This document shows, piece after piece, positions 38,180-50,115 of a stretch of 64,000 bases of DNA. A program made the translations under genes and the position numbers. Origin of the DNA: Glaucostegus cemiculus (taxonomy: Eukaryota). The notes under the pieces are model-generated. The model ran no database searches. It worked only from the letters and a program-made list of their open reading frames with translations, and had not been told where the DNA came from. The stretch lies in the NCBI GenBank assembly GCA_976551045.1, contig CDPCPM010000049.1, forward strand, positions 5,642,001 to 5,706,000. The letters are read 5' to 3'. The stretch's first letter is position 1, and each line of letters begins with the position of its first letter.

Positions 38180-38705
38180 TATGCAGGTTCTGAGGTGTTG
38201 GTGAGATCACACCTGGAGTAAGGCTTACACAGTTTTGGTCTTATAGTCCCCAGGGAAGGTCTGGTGGGTGGATTTATGAAGAAAGGGGTTGATTTATGAA
38301 GAGAAGATTGGGTCTGTAGTCGTTCGAGCGAGGAAGAATGATAGGATATCCCACTGAAATATAAACTTCAGAGAGGACTTGATGGGGTAAATGCTGAAAG
38401 AATGCTTCTTCTCATGATGGAATTTAGAAATGGGAGAATCTTTCAGAACAAGGGACCATCCATTTGAGACAGTGTTGAGAAAGAATTTCATCTCTTCTCG
38501 GGTTGTGAACCATTCTATAATTCATTGCCCCAAAGTGCTGAGGAGGTGGAGTCATTCAATATAGTCAAGGATGAGGCAGACATGTGTTTGGACTATAGGA
38601 GACAAGGGAGAAAGTGTTGAGGCCAAGATCAGATCAGCGGAGATCTCACTGAATGGCAGACAGGGTGATAGGGCCAACTCCTGCTCCTATTGCTAAACAT
38701 TTCAT
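38180..38705 (+). mobile_element. CR1 LINE 3' fragment (decayed)
   Basis: ttggtgagatcacacctggagta (LVRSHLEY), aattcattgccccaaag (NSLPQ) and a CR1 3' UTR. Confidence 0.75.
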
Positions 38706-38719
38706 GGACAAGAGGTAGA

Positions 38720-39150
38720 AGCATGAAAAAGTTTTGGGAAGGAATTCCGGGGTTAGGGCCTTGGTAACTGAAGGCACAGCCATCAATGGTGGATCAATTA
38801 CATTTGGGACTGAGACAAGATCTGGAGGGGTGTAGAGGGCAGAGGGTTGGAAGACATTAGAGAAATAGGAAAGGCGTGTCAAGGAGTCTGTATGGTTTAG
38901 TCAGGGATAAAGATTTGACGGCAGATGAACGAAGGTTGGGCTGATGTTGCAATATCTCTTCCTGGTTATCTTATGCTAGGCAGACCGTTTGATTCAAGGA
39001 TCTTAACAGTCTGGTTCAGCCTCAGTTAGTTATCAGTCACTGGCAGGGTCCAACGGCAATGACTTTGGCTTTCCCGATATTTAATTGGAGGAAATTTCTG
39101 CACCTCCACTGCTGGATGTCGGACAAGCAACGTGATAAATTAGAGCCCTA
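38720..39150 (-). mobile_element. L2-type LINE fragments
   Basis: gggaaggaattccggggttagggccttggtaactgaaggcacagcc and cccgatatttaattggaggaaatttctgc; a similar copy lies at 53000-53200. Confidence 0.5.
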
Positions 39151-39584
39151 GATGCAAAGTTCAGCATGCCTCGTTTATAAATAGTCCCTTTTCCATTTAA
39201 GAGTGTTTTGTGGACTTTAGTTTGATCTTTCTGGAAAATCCACTCTGCCACAACGCCCAGACCCAGGTCCCACATCAAGCCATCCTAGCGCCACCTTTGC
39301 TGGGTTAGAACTGAAATTGGAACTATGTTGTTACACTTCTTGGTGCCCTTGCTTTCATTTGTCAATTGAAGAGAGTGCCGAATTTGAATGATATGTGTTA
39401 ACCTGTGTGCGCTTTCCATCTCGTCGTATTACTTTGATATTTTAGCAAGGTTCCCACAGCTTGCTCAGTATTCTGCTGCAAGGGGATATTTGTTCTCATC
39501 TTAATCAAGACGAAATTAACATGAATTTATTTGAACAGGAAGTGTTAAATAACTAAAATTAGATTTAAATATTATGCATTTATC

Positions 39585-39835
39585 CGGGACTCAACCTGGA
39601 GTTTGCCCGTTCTCCCGGTGGTCGCGTGGGTTTCCCCCCAGGTACTCCGGTTTCCTCTCACATTAGTCATTATAAGTTGCTCCTGGTGTGTAGCTGAACC
39701 TAGTGATGTTGGTAGACCCTGGGGGAAGTTGACGGAAATGTGGGGGAAAGAATGTAAATGAATGAGTGCTTAATGGTCGACATGGGCTCGGTGGGCCGAG
39801 AAGCCCGATTCTGAACTCCATGACTATGACTCTAT
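39585..39835 (+). mobile_element. V-SINE (HE1-like)
   Basis: V-domain core gcgtgggtttccccccaggtactccggtttcctctcaca and a CR1-type tail ending atgactatgactcta. Confidence 0.85.
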
Positions 39836-40461
39836 AACTGTTCCATCAAACAGTTTTGCAAGTGAGATAATCGAATGTCTGAAAAGTACCCGCTGAAACT
39901 TATTCTCAGTCTGCATCTGCTAAAACTCATTGTATGAGAGCTTGGTGTTTCACATTGGAAGCGGGGAACAATTTTTGAGGTCTACATTTTGATCCAGTCC
40001 ACATATTGTTTATTGATTGCCTGTATGTTTCCATTTGCATTCGTTTATACTCCAGGGAAATATTGAAAATAGTAAAATATATTCAAGTTAGTGCAATTTA
40101 CAATAGTCTTCTGATCTCAGAAAATGAAAACGTTGCATTTGTGTAGTGCCTTTAGCGACGTTAGGTCGCGCCAAAATGCTTTGCAGCCAATTAGCTACTT
40201 TTGAAGCAATTATTGTTGCAAAGTATGTGGCGAGACTGGCAAGTTCAAGCCGTTTTTTGACGGACCCAGATAGATTTTCACATTCAAACTTCAGAATGTA
40301 CATTTTAACAGGGCACAGAGGTGTCTGAATCGAGGACACACACGGTCGGTCCTGGGGAGTTGGAAGACCATCATTATGTTTTAATGTTCAGACGGATGTC
40401 ATTGAAGTTCTCGGCAAAGGTAAAAAAAAATTCTGATGGTCAAAATCTAAAATGAAAAAAG

Positions 40462-40618
40462 TACCCGAAAATGCTGCAAGTACTCGACAGGCCAGACCAG
40501 ATGTACAGGAAGAGCGACAGAGGTCTTCGACCTGAAATGCGAGCTCTGTTTCTCTTCCCACAGATGCAACCTGACCTGCTGAGTATTTCCAGCATTTTCT
40601 GTTCTTATTTCCAATCTG
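40462..40618. mobile_element. Inverted pair of Penelope-like terminal repeats (decayed)
   Basis: gaaaatgctgcaagtactc...gagtatttccagcattttc arms flank gacctgaaatgc. Confidence 0.7.
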
Positions 40619-40950
40619 AAATCCTCAGCGAGTGCAGTGAACTTCCAAAACTAAGTTTTCGACTGGAAGGTGGTTATACCAACCAATGTGAGATTCGAGT
40701 GGTGCAAGGCTGCAAAAAAGCGGTCTCACATTTTCCCCTGGAGTGTGATCCGCGCTGAGATTTCTCATCCCGCCTGACACAGAGGAAATTCTGCAGTGAA
40801 GAAACATATCCCTACCAATGCCGGGTGGAATTTACACACGCTGCCGGAACCAGCGGTCTACCTGTCCCAGAAAGTGCACGGCGGGCGATTTCTCATCCGA
40901 ACTACACTAACGTTTGTTGCCTAGGCAACGTCAATCTTGACCTTGCAGTT

Positions 40951-41130
40951 GGAGACACAGGAGATTGCGGAAACTGGAACCTGGAGCAAGAAAAAAAAAC
41001 AGACAGCTGGAGGAACTTCAGGACTCATGATCTGAGACACGGTCACCATCCGAAAGGTTGACCATCCCTTTGCCTCCACAGATGCTGCCTGACCAGCTGA
41101 GTTCCTCCAGCAGTTTGCTTTTTGATCTTG
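40951..41130. mobile_element. Inverted pair of Penelope-like terminal repeats
   Basis: cagctggaggaact...agttcctccagcag arms, with cacagatgctgcctgaccagctgag. Confidence 0.75.
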
Positions 41131-41334
41131 CAATTGGCTGTCATTATACCAGGAAGTGAAGTTTACTCTTAAGGGTGGTCTGTGTGGGTGAACCCGTCAG
41201 GGTGAACTGTATGGGTGCGCTCCACACTCTTCCGAATCTGCCTTGCTCTCCATAAGTAGAGTGCGTTTATTTAAAGTTAATAGTTAAAGAGTATTCAGAG
41301 ATGAATCCCTTAACAATTAATATTATTGTCAAGT

Positions 41335-42030
41335 GGGTTCCCATTCCTCACACCCACATTATTATGGAAGGTGAAAGCACACGCTGGAGGAAGAAACACG
41401 TTGGTACGAATCAAAGATTGGCCGGATAACTGTAAACGGACAGGAGGCAGTAATAGAATGTTTTCTGGTGGGCAACATGTAACGACTGGCATGCCGTAGC
41501 GCTCGATGCTGGGGCCTCAACTTTTTGAATTGATGTAAATGACTTAGACGAAAACACGGGAGGTCTGACCGATAAGTTTGCTTATGAAATATGGGCTGAA
41601 AAGAAGTGAGTTGGCAAAGAGCTGGGAAATGGAATGTAACGTGGGGAAATGTGAAGTTGCCTACTTTAGTAGGAACAATTTTTTTAAATATGTCTGAGAC
41701 GAGAGGTTCCAGGGGCTCTCGGTGTCTCTTGAATTAGTTGAAGAAGGCTGGTATGCAAGTATCGTAACTAGTTCGGAAAGCCAACAGGATGTTGTTACGA
41801 GGAGAACTGAACGCAAAAGTTGGGAGTTTATGCTTCAGTTGTGCGGGGTATTGTTGAGACCACAGCTGGAGTACTGTGCGCTGAAACAAAAACAGAAAAT
41901 GCTGGAAGAACTCAGCCAGTTAAACTGCATCGGTGGTTGGGAACGCGGAATTGGGGTTACAGTCAACCATGATCTTATCACATGGCAGAGCAGGGTCTTT
42001 CTCATGCTCCTGATTAATATGTTTCTATGC
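41335..42030 (+). mobile_element. Decayed, internally deleted CR1 LINE
   Basis: SMLGPQLF, VNDLD, KFAY and LLRPQLEYC remnants. A Penelope-repeat fragment (aaaatgctggaagaactcagc) sits at ~41885-41930. Confidence 0.7.
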
Positions 42031-43399
42031 ATTTTATGTATAATGTAAACCAGATATGATCGACTTAGATGTTGTGCAAATAAATGTCAGCAGTGCACAA
42101 AACCAGAATAGGTTTGTGTGCAGACATAATATTGTTTGGGACACCGACTATATGTTAGTTCGCAATGCTTCAGCTTTCTAGCTACAAGTGAAACACATGT
42201 CCTGGGTTTAGAAGCTGTGAATTGACAATGGAAGAACATTTTGTTGGAAGTAAATAGTTTATTGTCCTCTGCTGATTCCTTATCTCACGCATTGACTTTT
42301 AAAGTCAAGCATTCTGTCTCACAGTACAATCCAAAGGTTCTTTTTAAGTTCTGCTTAAATAATTAACTCCACCAGAAACCGTCTAACACCGATTACAAGA
42401 CTCTGCTTTGACACCCACCACTGCCAGCACCATCCTTGTGTAACTGTACAATTTCATACAAGCATCGCCTTTCATAACTGTCCTCGTAGCATTTGGCAGA
42501 TTGCAAAACCTTGAACAAGTGCATGTTCTTCCTCGCTTGTATCAGAGAGTAAAACAAAGATGCAGACAAATGAACAAGCAATTGATCAGCACGGGGTTTG
42601 GGGGGAGAGATGGTGCAGTTGCGCCTTAGGTACAGCGCTGGAATTACAACGTGGTTCAGAAGAACTTGGATGTCTAAACGACTAACTGTTGAAATTATCG
42701 ACCACCGCAAATACCGTCTGCAAACAGCATCTGAAGGTAAAAAAAGAGTTCGGGGCGTCGGGTTCATCAGCACTACTCCAGGTTTACTCGAAGATCACAC
42801 CTCGTACTCGGCCGCAGAATCTCCACTTGTACATTAATCTATCTTCCTCTCTCGCGTGTGACAGGGGTGCTGTGTGTATTGCCTGCATGTTGTGTTCTGG
42901 CTTCAATTTTACAGCCGGCAGCTTTCTTTTGCCACCATTCGGATTCAATACCTTTTCCCCTCTGAACTGAATGACTATTTGCATAAATGAACTTCTATTT
43001 ATAACACTATATTGGAACTGTTAGCAAACGATAAAATAGATTATATCACTCTGCCAATTAAAAACACATTATTTACATAAAAGCACTTGAAAAAGTGTAT
43101 AACGCCATCAGCGGAGCGCATAATGATTTGCTGAGGGTCTGTTGTAGCACTGTTTAAATTGATGTTTCCGATAATGAATTGGCTCTTCGCTAACGAATAC
43201 CGCATCACAGAACAGAACAAAAGCAGAAACTCCCGGCCGAGAACTCCGATATTTGAACAAAAAAGGAATCCTGGCATTCTGATCGCAACACCTCATTTAT
43301 CTAGTCTGTCTGAATGTATCCAAACTTTGCCTCATCCGAATTTCCCCACCATTTCGGCAATTTGAAATAAAATCTTGCATTTATATCGTGCCTGTCTTG

Positions 43400-44310
43400 A
43401 GCGCGGTATTTCTGGAGCGTAGTCGCTGCTGTCCGCAGGTAAATAATCTGGCAGATTCTAAATATATTTAAAATTGTAAAACTAAATCTCCATATAGGTA
43501 ACATATTAAATCTAACGCGTATTTTTTTGCCCAGCAGGGGTTCTAATCTTTCATATTTTTAATAAAAAATATGGTGATTTCAGTTAATTGCGTGATTGTA
43601 TTTTTTGTCAACAAGTGTTTCTTGTTGTGTGGGGCGTCTCTGAACTGAGAGGCGATTCCTCACTGAAACGGAATTATTGACCGATATTCTTTCCTGTCGG
43701 AAGTGACCAGGATTTAAGTCATTTGGCCTCTCTGAGACGCGATTGCAGAAACCACTCGCAGGCTTTGAAAGCTCCTGTGTGTGGAATGGGCCGACCTTCT
43801 TGCTCAGTCCTGCTCCAAAGACTGGCTCGCCACCTTGTTCCAATGATCTTCGTTGACGTCAGTCAAACGCCCAGCAGCCTGCGGCGCTCTCCTGATTTGA
43901 TGGGAACTGCTAAGCTGAAGGCAGAGATAGCGAATGAGGTGGTCCTTCATCTCTTGAGTAGGCGGGCGAGAATCGGATTTCCAGTGACGATCAGAACCGA
44001 ACGCCAGCCCACTAACAAAACACAAATAAAAACTTCATTGCCGAGTCCCGCCAGTGAATTATTGACTTTATCTCCTCATCTCCAGAAGGGACCATGAGCA
44101 AGATCTTTGGAAGGTTTTTGGCACAACACATTTTAATGGGCAAGGACTGGTAGGAATGGTCACCGGCCGTCACAGAACCTGCCACAAACTTGCTGCATGC
44201 TGGTCGTGTCTGTATTCCCGTCCAAATCTGTCACAAGGAGAAAAAGGGGCGTCCACGAAACCATACACAGCATAAAAAGAGCAAGTAGATCCTTAGTAAT
44301 ACAAACAAAT
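43400..44310 (+). promoter_or_regulatory. FEZF1: FEZF1 promoter and 5' UTR region
   Basis: Repeat-free, CpG-rich sequence directly upstream of the start codon. Contains GC-box-like GGCGGG/CCCGCC and a repeated GAATTATTGAC. TSS not determinable. Confidence 0.6.
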
Positions 44311-45096
44311 ATGGACAACACTTACTCCCATCGTTATCGTGCTGATAAGATACTAGGAGCCACTTCTACTGGGAGAGAGAGCCTACATACCGGAGACGGT
44401 ATGATCAGCACATCCAAACCCCTGGCTTTCTCCATCGAGCGTATTATGGCCAGGACTCCAGAACCAAAGTGTGCCCCCTACCCGAACCTACTGCAAGGAG
44501 CGGTGGCCAAAGGCGAACCAAAGCACGTGTTCCACCTGAACTCTTCGGTACCCTGCATGATCCCACTCCTGTCCTTGGCTTATGAAAGCAGCTCGAAGGG
44601 TGGCCTGGCCGGCGCCGAGCACCGCAAGAGCCAACTGGAGACTTCCTACGACTGCAATCACTTGGTGAACTGCGGCTTGTCATCCAAGGCGGACGTGGCC
44701 AACCTCTCGCCGCCACTGGAGCAGTACAGGCTCATCCGGCCACGCGTGGTCAACCAATCGTCCTTCCATGCCATGGGGGCTCTGTGTTACCTGAACTGCG
44801 GCGATGGGACGTGCCCTCCTCCGACCGCCGCCACCATCTTCAACGTGCACCCAATGGCTTCCTACCTGCTGGGCTCCCCGCTTGGCGTACTCGCCGATAA
44901 GAACAAACTGGGGCTGTCCTCGGCGGAGAGGTATCCGACCGCTTTCAAGGACCTCTCCTCGTCCCAGATCCAGCACTGCGTGAAGGAGAACGCGCACTTT
45001 CTCTCAGACAAACTGGCCCTGAAGCACTCCTCCAAACCCAACAGCAGCTCCCCAAACAGCAGACCCAAAGTCTTTACCTGTGAAGTGTGTGGGAAG
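44311..45096 (+). CDS. FEZF1: FEZF1 coding exon 1 (eh1 repressor motif, start of zinc finger 1)
   Basis: MDNTYSH...STSKPLAFSIERIMARTPEPK...HLNSSVPCMIP...RPKVFTCEVCGK. eh1 motif FSIERIM at 44428-44448. Donor AAG|GTAAGT. The N-terminal signature matches FEZF1 rather than FEZF2. Confidence 0.96.
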
Positions 45097-45227
45097 GTAA
45101 GTGCCCGCCGCCTTCCCTCGATACCTGCTCCTTTCCACTCCCCGTCTCCTCTTTAATCGTCTGCCTCCAAAAGCGACCCTTTTAGCGGATCTAATTCGTT
45201 TGACCTGCTCATATTGTGTTTTTTCAG

Positions 45228-45362
45228 GTTTTTAACGCACATTATAATTTAACCCGTCACATGCCGGTGCACACAGGAGCCAGGCCGTTCGTTTGCAAAG
45301 TGTGTGGCAAAGGGTTCCGTCAAGCCAGCACTCTGTGCCGACACAAGATCATTCACACCCAG
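45228..45362 (+). CDS. FEZF1: FEZF1 coding exon 2 (zinc fingers 1-2)
   Basis: ttttttcAG acceptor, CAG|GTACGT donor. 135 nt encoding [45 protein letters not shown]. Confidence 0.97.
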
Positions 45363-46146
45363 GTACGTTGGTCCGCTTCCTCCGTTCAACGCCATTGCAG
45401 ACTCCTGAGTTCACGTGTCGACCTTAAACATGGGAGCGGTTCCCTGCAACTGCACAATCTGGTTCAACACTTCTGTCGCCTGACCTGCAATCAGGTTTGA
45501 TAACCTTACAGGACACTTTAACCATCTGGTGAGTTCCGGCAAAGCCGAGGCAGGAGGAGCCCACGGTGTAAAAACTGACTCGATCAAGTCTGCATTGTAT
45601 GATGTGGCGGGGGCCTTTCAGTTGATTGTAATATTGCGGGAGATCTCTAGGCTTTAGCTCATTTTACAGTGGATTAAAATGTGGAACTGAGCCGTCAAAT
45701 AAACATTAAATGAGCTGCGTTTAAGTAGAGTAGACGGCGCGCATCCACCTCCGACCTTTTTGTCCAACAACACGCTCCTCCGTCTTTCTCCCTCTCTATA
45801 ACTTCCGACGGCCTGGCGCTCGCTTTCAATGCAGCGGCAGCGGCGTGAAGTGATTCGGGACACGTCCCGGCATTTATTTACTCTGTGATATGTAAAGTCC
45901 GCAGAAGCCGTACACCCAACTTTTGTGGAGTATCTGAGATGGCAGTTTACACCCATTTTAATGTTGATGCCCTCCGTTGGGTTGGTTTGTACTTGACATC
46001 TGTCCGTTTGTTTTGGTCTACTCGGAAAATTGAGACACGCTGGATTTGTTTGAGGGCAGGTGGGAATAGTGATTTATTGTTCAGGCGCCCAGAAAGTCGG
46101 GCCGAACAAATGTTCTTTGCGGCTGAATCCTAAACATATTTGCTGA

Positions 46147-46344
<198 letters not shown>

Positions 46345-46599
46345 TAAACAACAGGCAGTCAGTCGAAGTAAACAGAACATTGGGCTAACTAATGTATATA
46401 CGCTACGTTTTATACAAGATAAATTAAAGTAGTCTTACAGAAATTTCACATGAAGACTCCTTTCATTGCATTTTTAAGCAATCGTGAGAGTTTCGATAAA
46501 GCTACAGATATATTTAACATTTATTTTTAATTTAATCTGCGTATTAATTTAATTTTAACTTCCGTAGTTTTTAATGTTTAATGTTTTTAATGTTTATTT

Positions 46600-46733
46600 T
46601 GTTAAGTGTGTCTGTGTATCTCTGTTGGTTGTTATTTAATGGGACGAGCACCTGAGGAGGACGGTATCTCGCTCCTATGCATACTATGTATGTATATGGT
46701 TGTGACAATAAAAACTGATTCTGATTCTGATTC
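46600..46733 (+). mobile_element. LINE/SINE 3' tail (Rex1/Babar-like) in FEZF1 intron 3
   Basis: gtgacaataaaaac followed by (TGATTC)3. Confidence 0.5.
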
Positions 46734-46831
46734 AGTCTCACGCAGCTAAGAGTAGAATCAATATTTGTTAACCCGCGAATTTTACTTTCGATTTTCTACA
46801 ATGTTAAATGCCTATCTTGTATTATTTCCAG

Positions 46832-47097
46832 GTAACTACAAGAATCACAAACTGACTCACAGCGGCGAGAAGCAGTTCAAGTGCAGCATTTGCAACAAGG
46901 CTTTTCACCAGATCTACAACCTCACCTTCCACATGCACACCCACAACGACAAGAAACCCTTCACCTGCTCCACCTGTGGCAAGGGGTTCTGTCGGAACTT
47001 TGATCTGAAAAAACACGTCAGGAAGTTACACGACAACGGCCCAGGAACTCGTTCGTCTACCGCAGACTTTCCTCTGGATGAACAGCCTCGGAAATAA
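46832..47097 (+). CDS. FEZF1: FEZF1 coding exon 4 (zinc fingers 4-6, C-terminus)
   Basis: atttccAG acceptor. (G)[67 protein letters not shown]...QPRK-stop. The four exons sum to 786+135+133+266 = 1320 nt, or 439 aa plus stop. Confidence 0.97.
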
Positions 47098-47575
47098 GGC
47101 TTGCAGATACGCACATTCGTATATAAATCCCGTAATTGCTAAGAACTGTTTGCATGCAGAGTTCTATTATATACAAAAATGAATATAGACTCATGCACGG
47201 AGATTGTTGAGTTTTATTTGAAAAGTTCGGGACAAAAAGTCACTTCATCTCAGCTTCGGAGAGATGTAAAAAAAGTATAATGTATTTATTTGGATTCTAT
47301 TCGTTTGCTGCTGCATGGATTTTGTCCGTTTGGATCTTTTTTCAATTTCATCTAATCGCAGATTAGATTCGCGCTCAATAGCCATAAATGGAGAAATTGG
47401 GTCTGGGTTGTTACGTTGATTCCCTACTCGCTCGCTCTCTCCTTGTAAAAGCAACCAGCTCCTTCATTCTTACGCTACAAAATGGTCCATACATATCAGG
47501 AGGAGATATTATTGCGACGGGACTCCGATGTATCTAATGGTGATCAAATAAATTCTTGTAATTCTCCAGACACTG
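47098..47575 (+). other. FEZF1: FEZF1 3' UTR (putative)
   Basis: Follows the stop codon. AU-rich TGTATTTATTT near 47281; first AATAAA at 47547-47552, followed by a U/GU-rich tract near 47580. Confidence 0.5.
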
Positions 47576-47694
47576 GGATTTTCTGGTTGTTTTGAGAAAG
47601 TGATTTTCTGAGTGAAACAATTCAAAAGTTTACTTGAAAATATTCCCTCTATATAATTCCCATCACACAAATGTAATTATGCATATATTGGTAT

Positions 47695-47802
47695 AATGGA
47701 AATAAAATAGGTTAGGGTAGGACTAATGTAAATATGTGTTTGATAGACAGCGTGGACTCCGAGGGCCGAAAGGCCTGTTTGGTGCTGTAAATCTCTGTGA
47801 CT
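47695..47802 (+). mobile_element. V-SINE 3' tail fragment
   Basis: gcgtggactccgagggccgaaaggcctgtttggtgctgtaaatctctgtgac. Confidence 0.6.
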
Positions 47803-49994
47803 AACACGTCTCAATATCGTTATGATTTATTAAGTACTGGTTACACGGGATACTACATATTGCAATTCAAAAAAAAACTCAAGCTTTTCTGCATGTGGTC
47901 GTTGTAACTGCAAGTTTAAACAACTTGCTTGGTGCCGCCGAAAGACTTAAATTTAAAGCAGGAAGCGTTAGTTTTAACGTGGGGGGGGGGGGGAATTCGG
48001 TGCGGCGACTGAGGGCAGCGGAGTGGGATGGTGAAGTTGTTTCGAAAAAATTCGAAGTAGGGTCTGTGGAACTTTGCGTCACTGGTCTGATATCAACACC
48101 TCGTTTATTTCAAAACAACGCAGTGAGCTGTCCTTTCCCTCTTCAGATGTGTTAAGATATTAATTAAAGTGAACAATGAACAAAGAGGGTTACAGACGGT
48201 TGATTCGAAGGTATAACGACCGACAATTACAGAGTGCTGTGGGAAAAAAGTAGGATATTCAAGCGTTAAACGGGAAGAAAACAACTTAACATTTAAGCAG
48301 TTTAACATGTTTTATTTTGGTGGGAGACGGGAAAGCTTTCCTTAATGAACGCACCTAACTGGATCTCTGTTTTTAGTCAGGTGAGTCCAGAGCACTCCCT
48401 TCATTTTTACCACATTTTTTCCCCAGACTAATGGAAGTAGGAAGAGTTTGTGTAAATAAAATGTGATCTGTAGCATCAACAAGGAAACACAATTAAGATG
48501 ACTGATCCCCGATATGGAACGGAGAAACACAGAAAGCTAAGGTAGCAGCAACCTTCATTGGTTTGATGCCAGAGCTAGAGTATTTATAGTATGATTATAT
48601 AAATTCTGCAAACCCTGAGTTTATTATTGACCATATTATGCGATGCCACCATTTGCTGTTAAATCTCCATTTGCCCAGTGGCTTAGACAGAATCTGGAAA
48701 CACGATCCTAACATTGGAGAGGCGGGGTGGATTTGCAAAGTCGCGGGGAACGAAGTAGGACATGGGACCAATTGGATAGCGCTTCCAAAGCCGGAATAGG
48801 CTCCGCGGGCCGATCGGCCTCTTTCTATGGCAGGGAAGCTGTAAGGTCTCTTGTTCAATGCCCTGCTAATGAATGAATTGACGGCAGCTACAAAGTTCTT
48901 TACAGGGTGACTTTACTTCTAGACGGGGGATCTCACAATTAAGCCTCTCGATTCTATCGAATCATATTTTAAATCTATTTTCATATCTATTTATAAGAAA
49001 AATAAAAACTATGCAACGCTTAGTTAGATGAGTAAAAAAAAGGCCTGTAGGTGTCTGAGATGAATTGTTGGAAAGAGATGTCATTTGTTAAAATTCACAA
49101 CAACGAGCAATGGAACAGATATAAACTGGTTTTCTCTCAGTAAGTTAATTTTAGATAGCTCCATTTGCTGGAATATTAACTAACGGTATTCAACTTCAAA
49201 CAGTAATGGACAACGTTACTGAATGAATGAGATGGCAATGAGTAAAAGCGGGGAGAAATGGTTCATCTGGTGGATGTTAATTGTGCATCACTATTGCCCA
49301 CTTAAATGGGAAGGACAGAGACTATAGGTCGGTGGTGACTATTTATTTCCCTATTAAGACACAGGTCCTTCCTGTGATTCCGCAGTCAGTGAGGAAAATG
49401 GTATTTGCTGGCTAATTATCGCCTGGAGCTGGCAACGTGTTATCGCAGCGGCAACCGATCATTTCCAACTCCAATGAAATTCGTGCTGGTCACACAGTCC
49501 ACTTTATCCAGAGGAAGAGACGCTGATTAACACGGAGCTCTCCTCGCAGAGGAGCTCAGGCGCCATCATTTACTGAACTTGGAGGAAGGTGGTTTCTGAA
49601 GAAGGCGCTCCCGTGGCTCTCTGTTCACCAGGCCTCTCCGGTTAACAGTTTACAACACACACAGAAACATGGCATTCATGCAAGTCGGTTCTTGGGGGGG
49701 TGGGGGGGATACTTTTAATTAAATGGTTAAGCGTGTTGGAAAACACTCAGTAACTTCTCGCTTGAAATTCCCACCGACCTTTCGGTTCTAGAAATGGATC
49801 CCTCACGCGCCTTTGTTGTTATTGCGGTTAAATGATTTCAGCGATCTTTAATCCGGACACTCCCCCCGTGGAACTCAGGTCTTGTTATGGCCTTTTTGCG
49901 TTGGAAAACAAGAAATAGTCGTCTCTTTATTAACTTTCTACAGGTCCTTTCAGAATTCATTTTTTATTCGTTCTTAAGCGAACAACACTACATC

Positions 49995-50115
49995 ATTATT
50001 TTTTGCAATATTTATTTACCTTTGAAATGTATAGATTTTTATGTCTTTGCACTGTCCTGCTGTCACAAAACAACACATTTCACGTCAGATGTCAGTGATA
50101 ATAAATCTGATTCTA
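49995..50115 (+). mobile_element. Rex1/Babar-like LINE 3' tail
   Basis: gcactgtcctgctgtcacaaaacaacacatttcacg...gtgataataaatctgattct. Confidence 0.55.

Noticed and set aside
39284-39304. CTCF-like AGGTGGCGC on the minus strand
   Set aside because: The 5' half (AGCAA) does not fit the CCASY core.
44444-45068. Antisense ORFs (90, 105 and 68 aa) over FEZF1 exon 1
   Set aside because: Shadow frames of GC-rich coding sequence with no recognisable domain.
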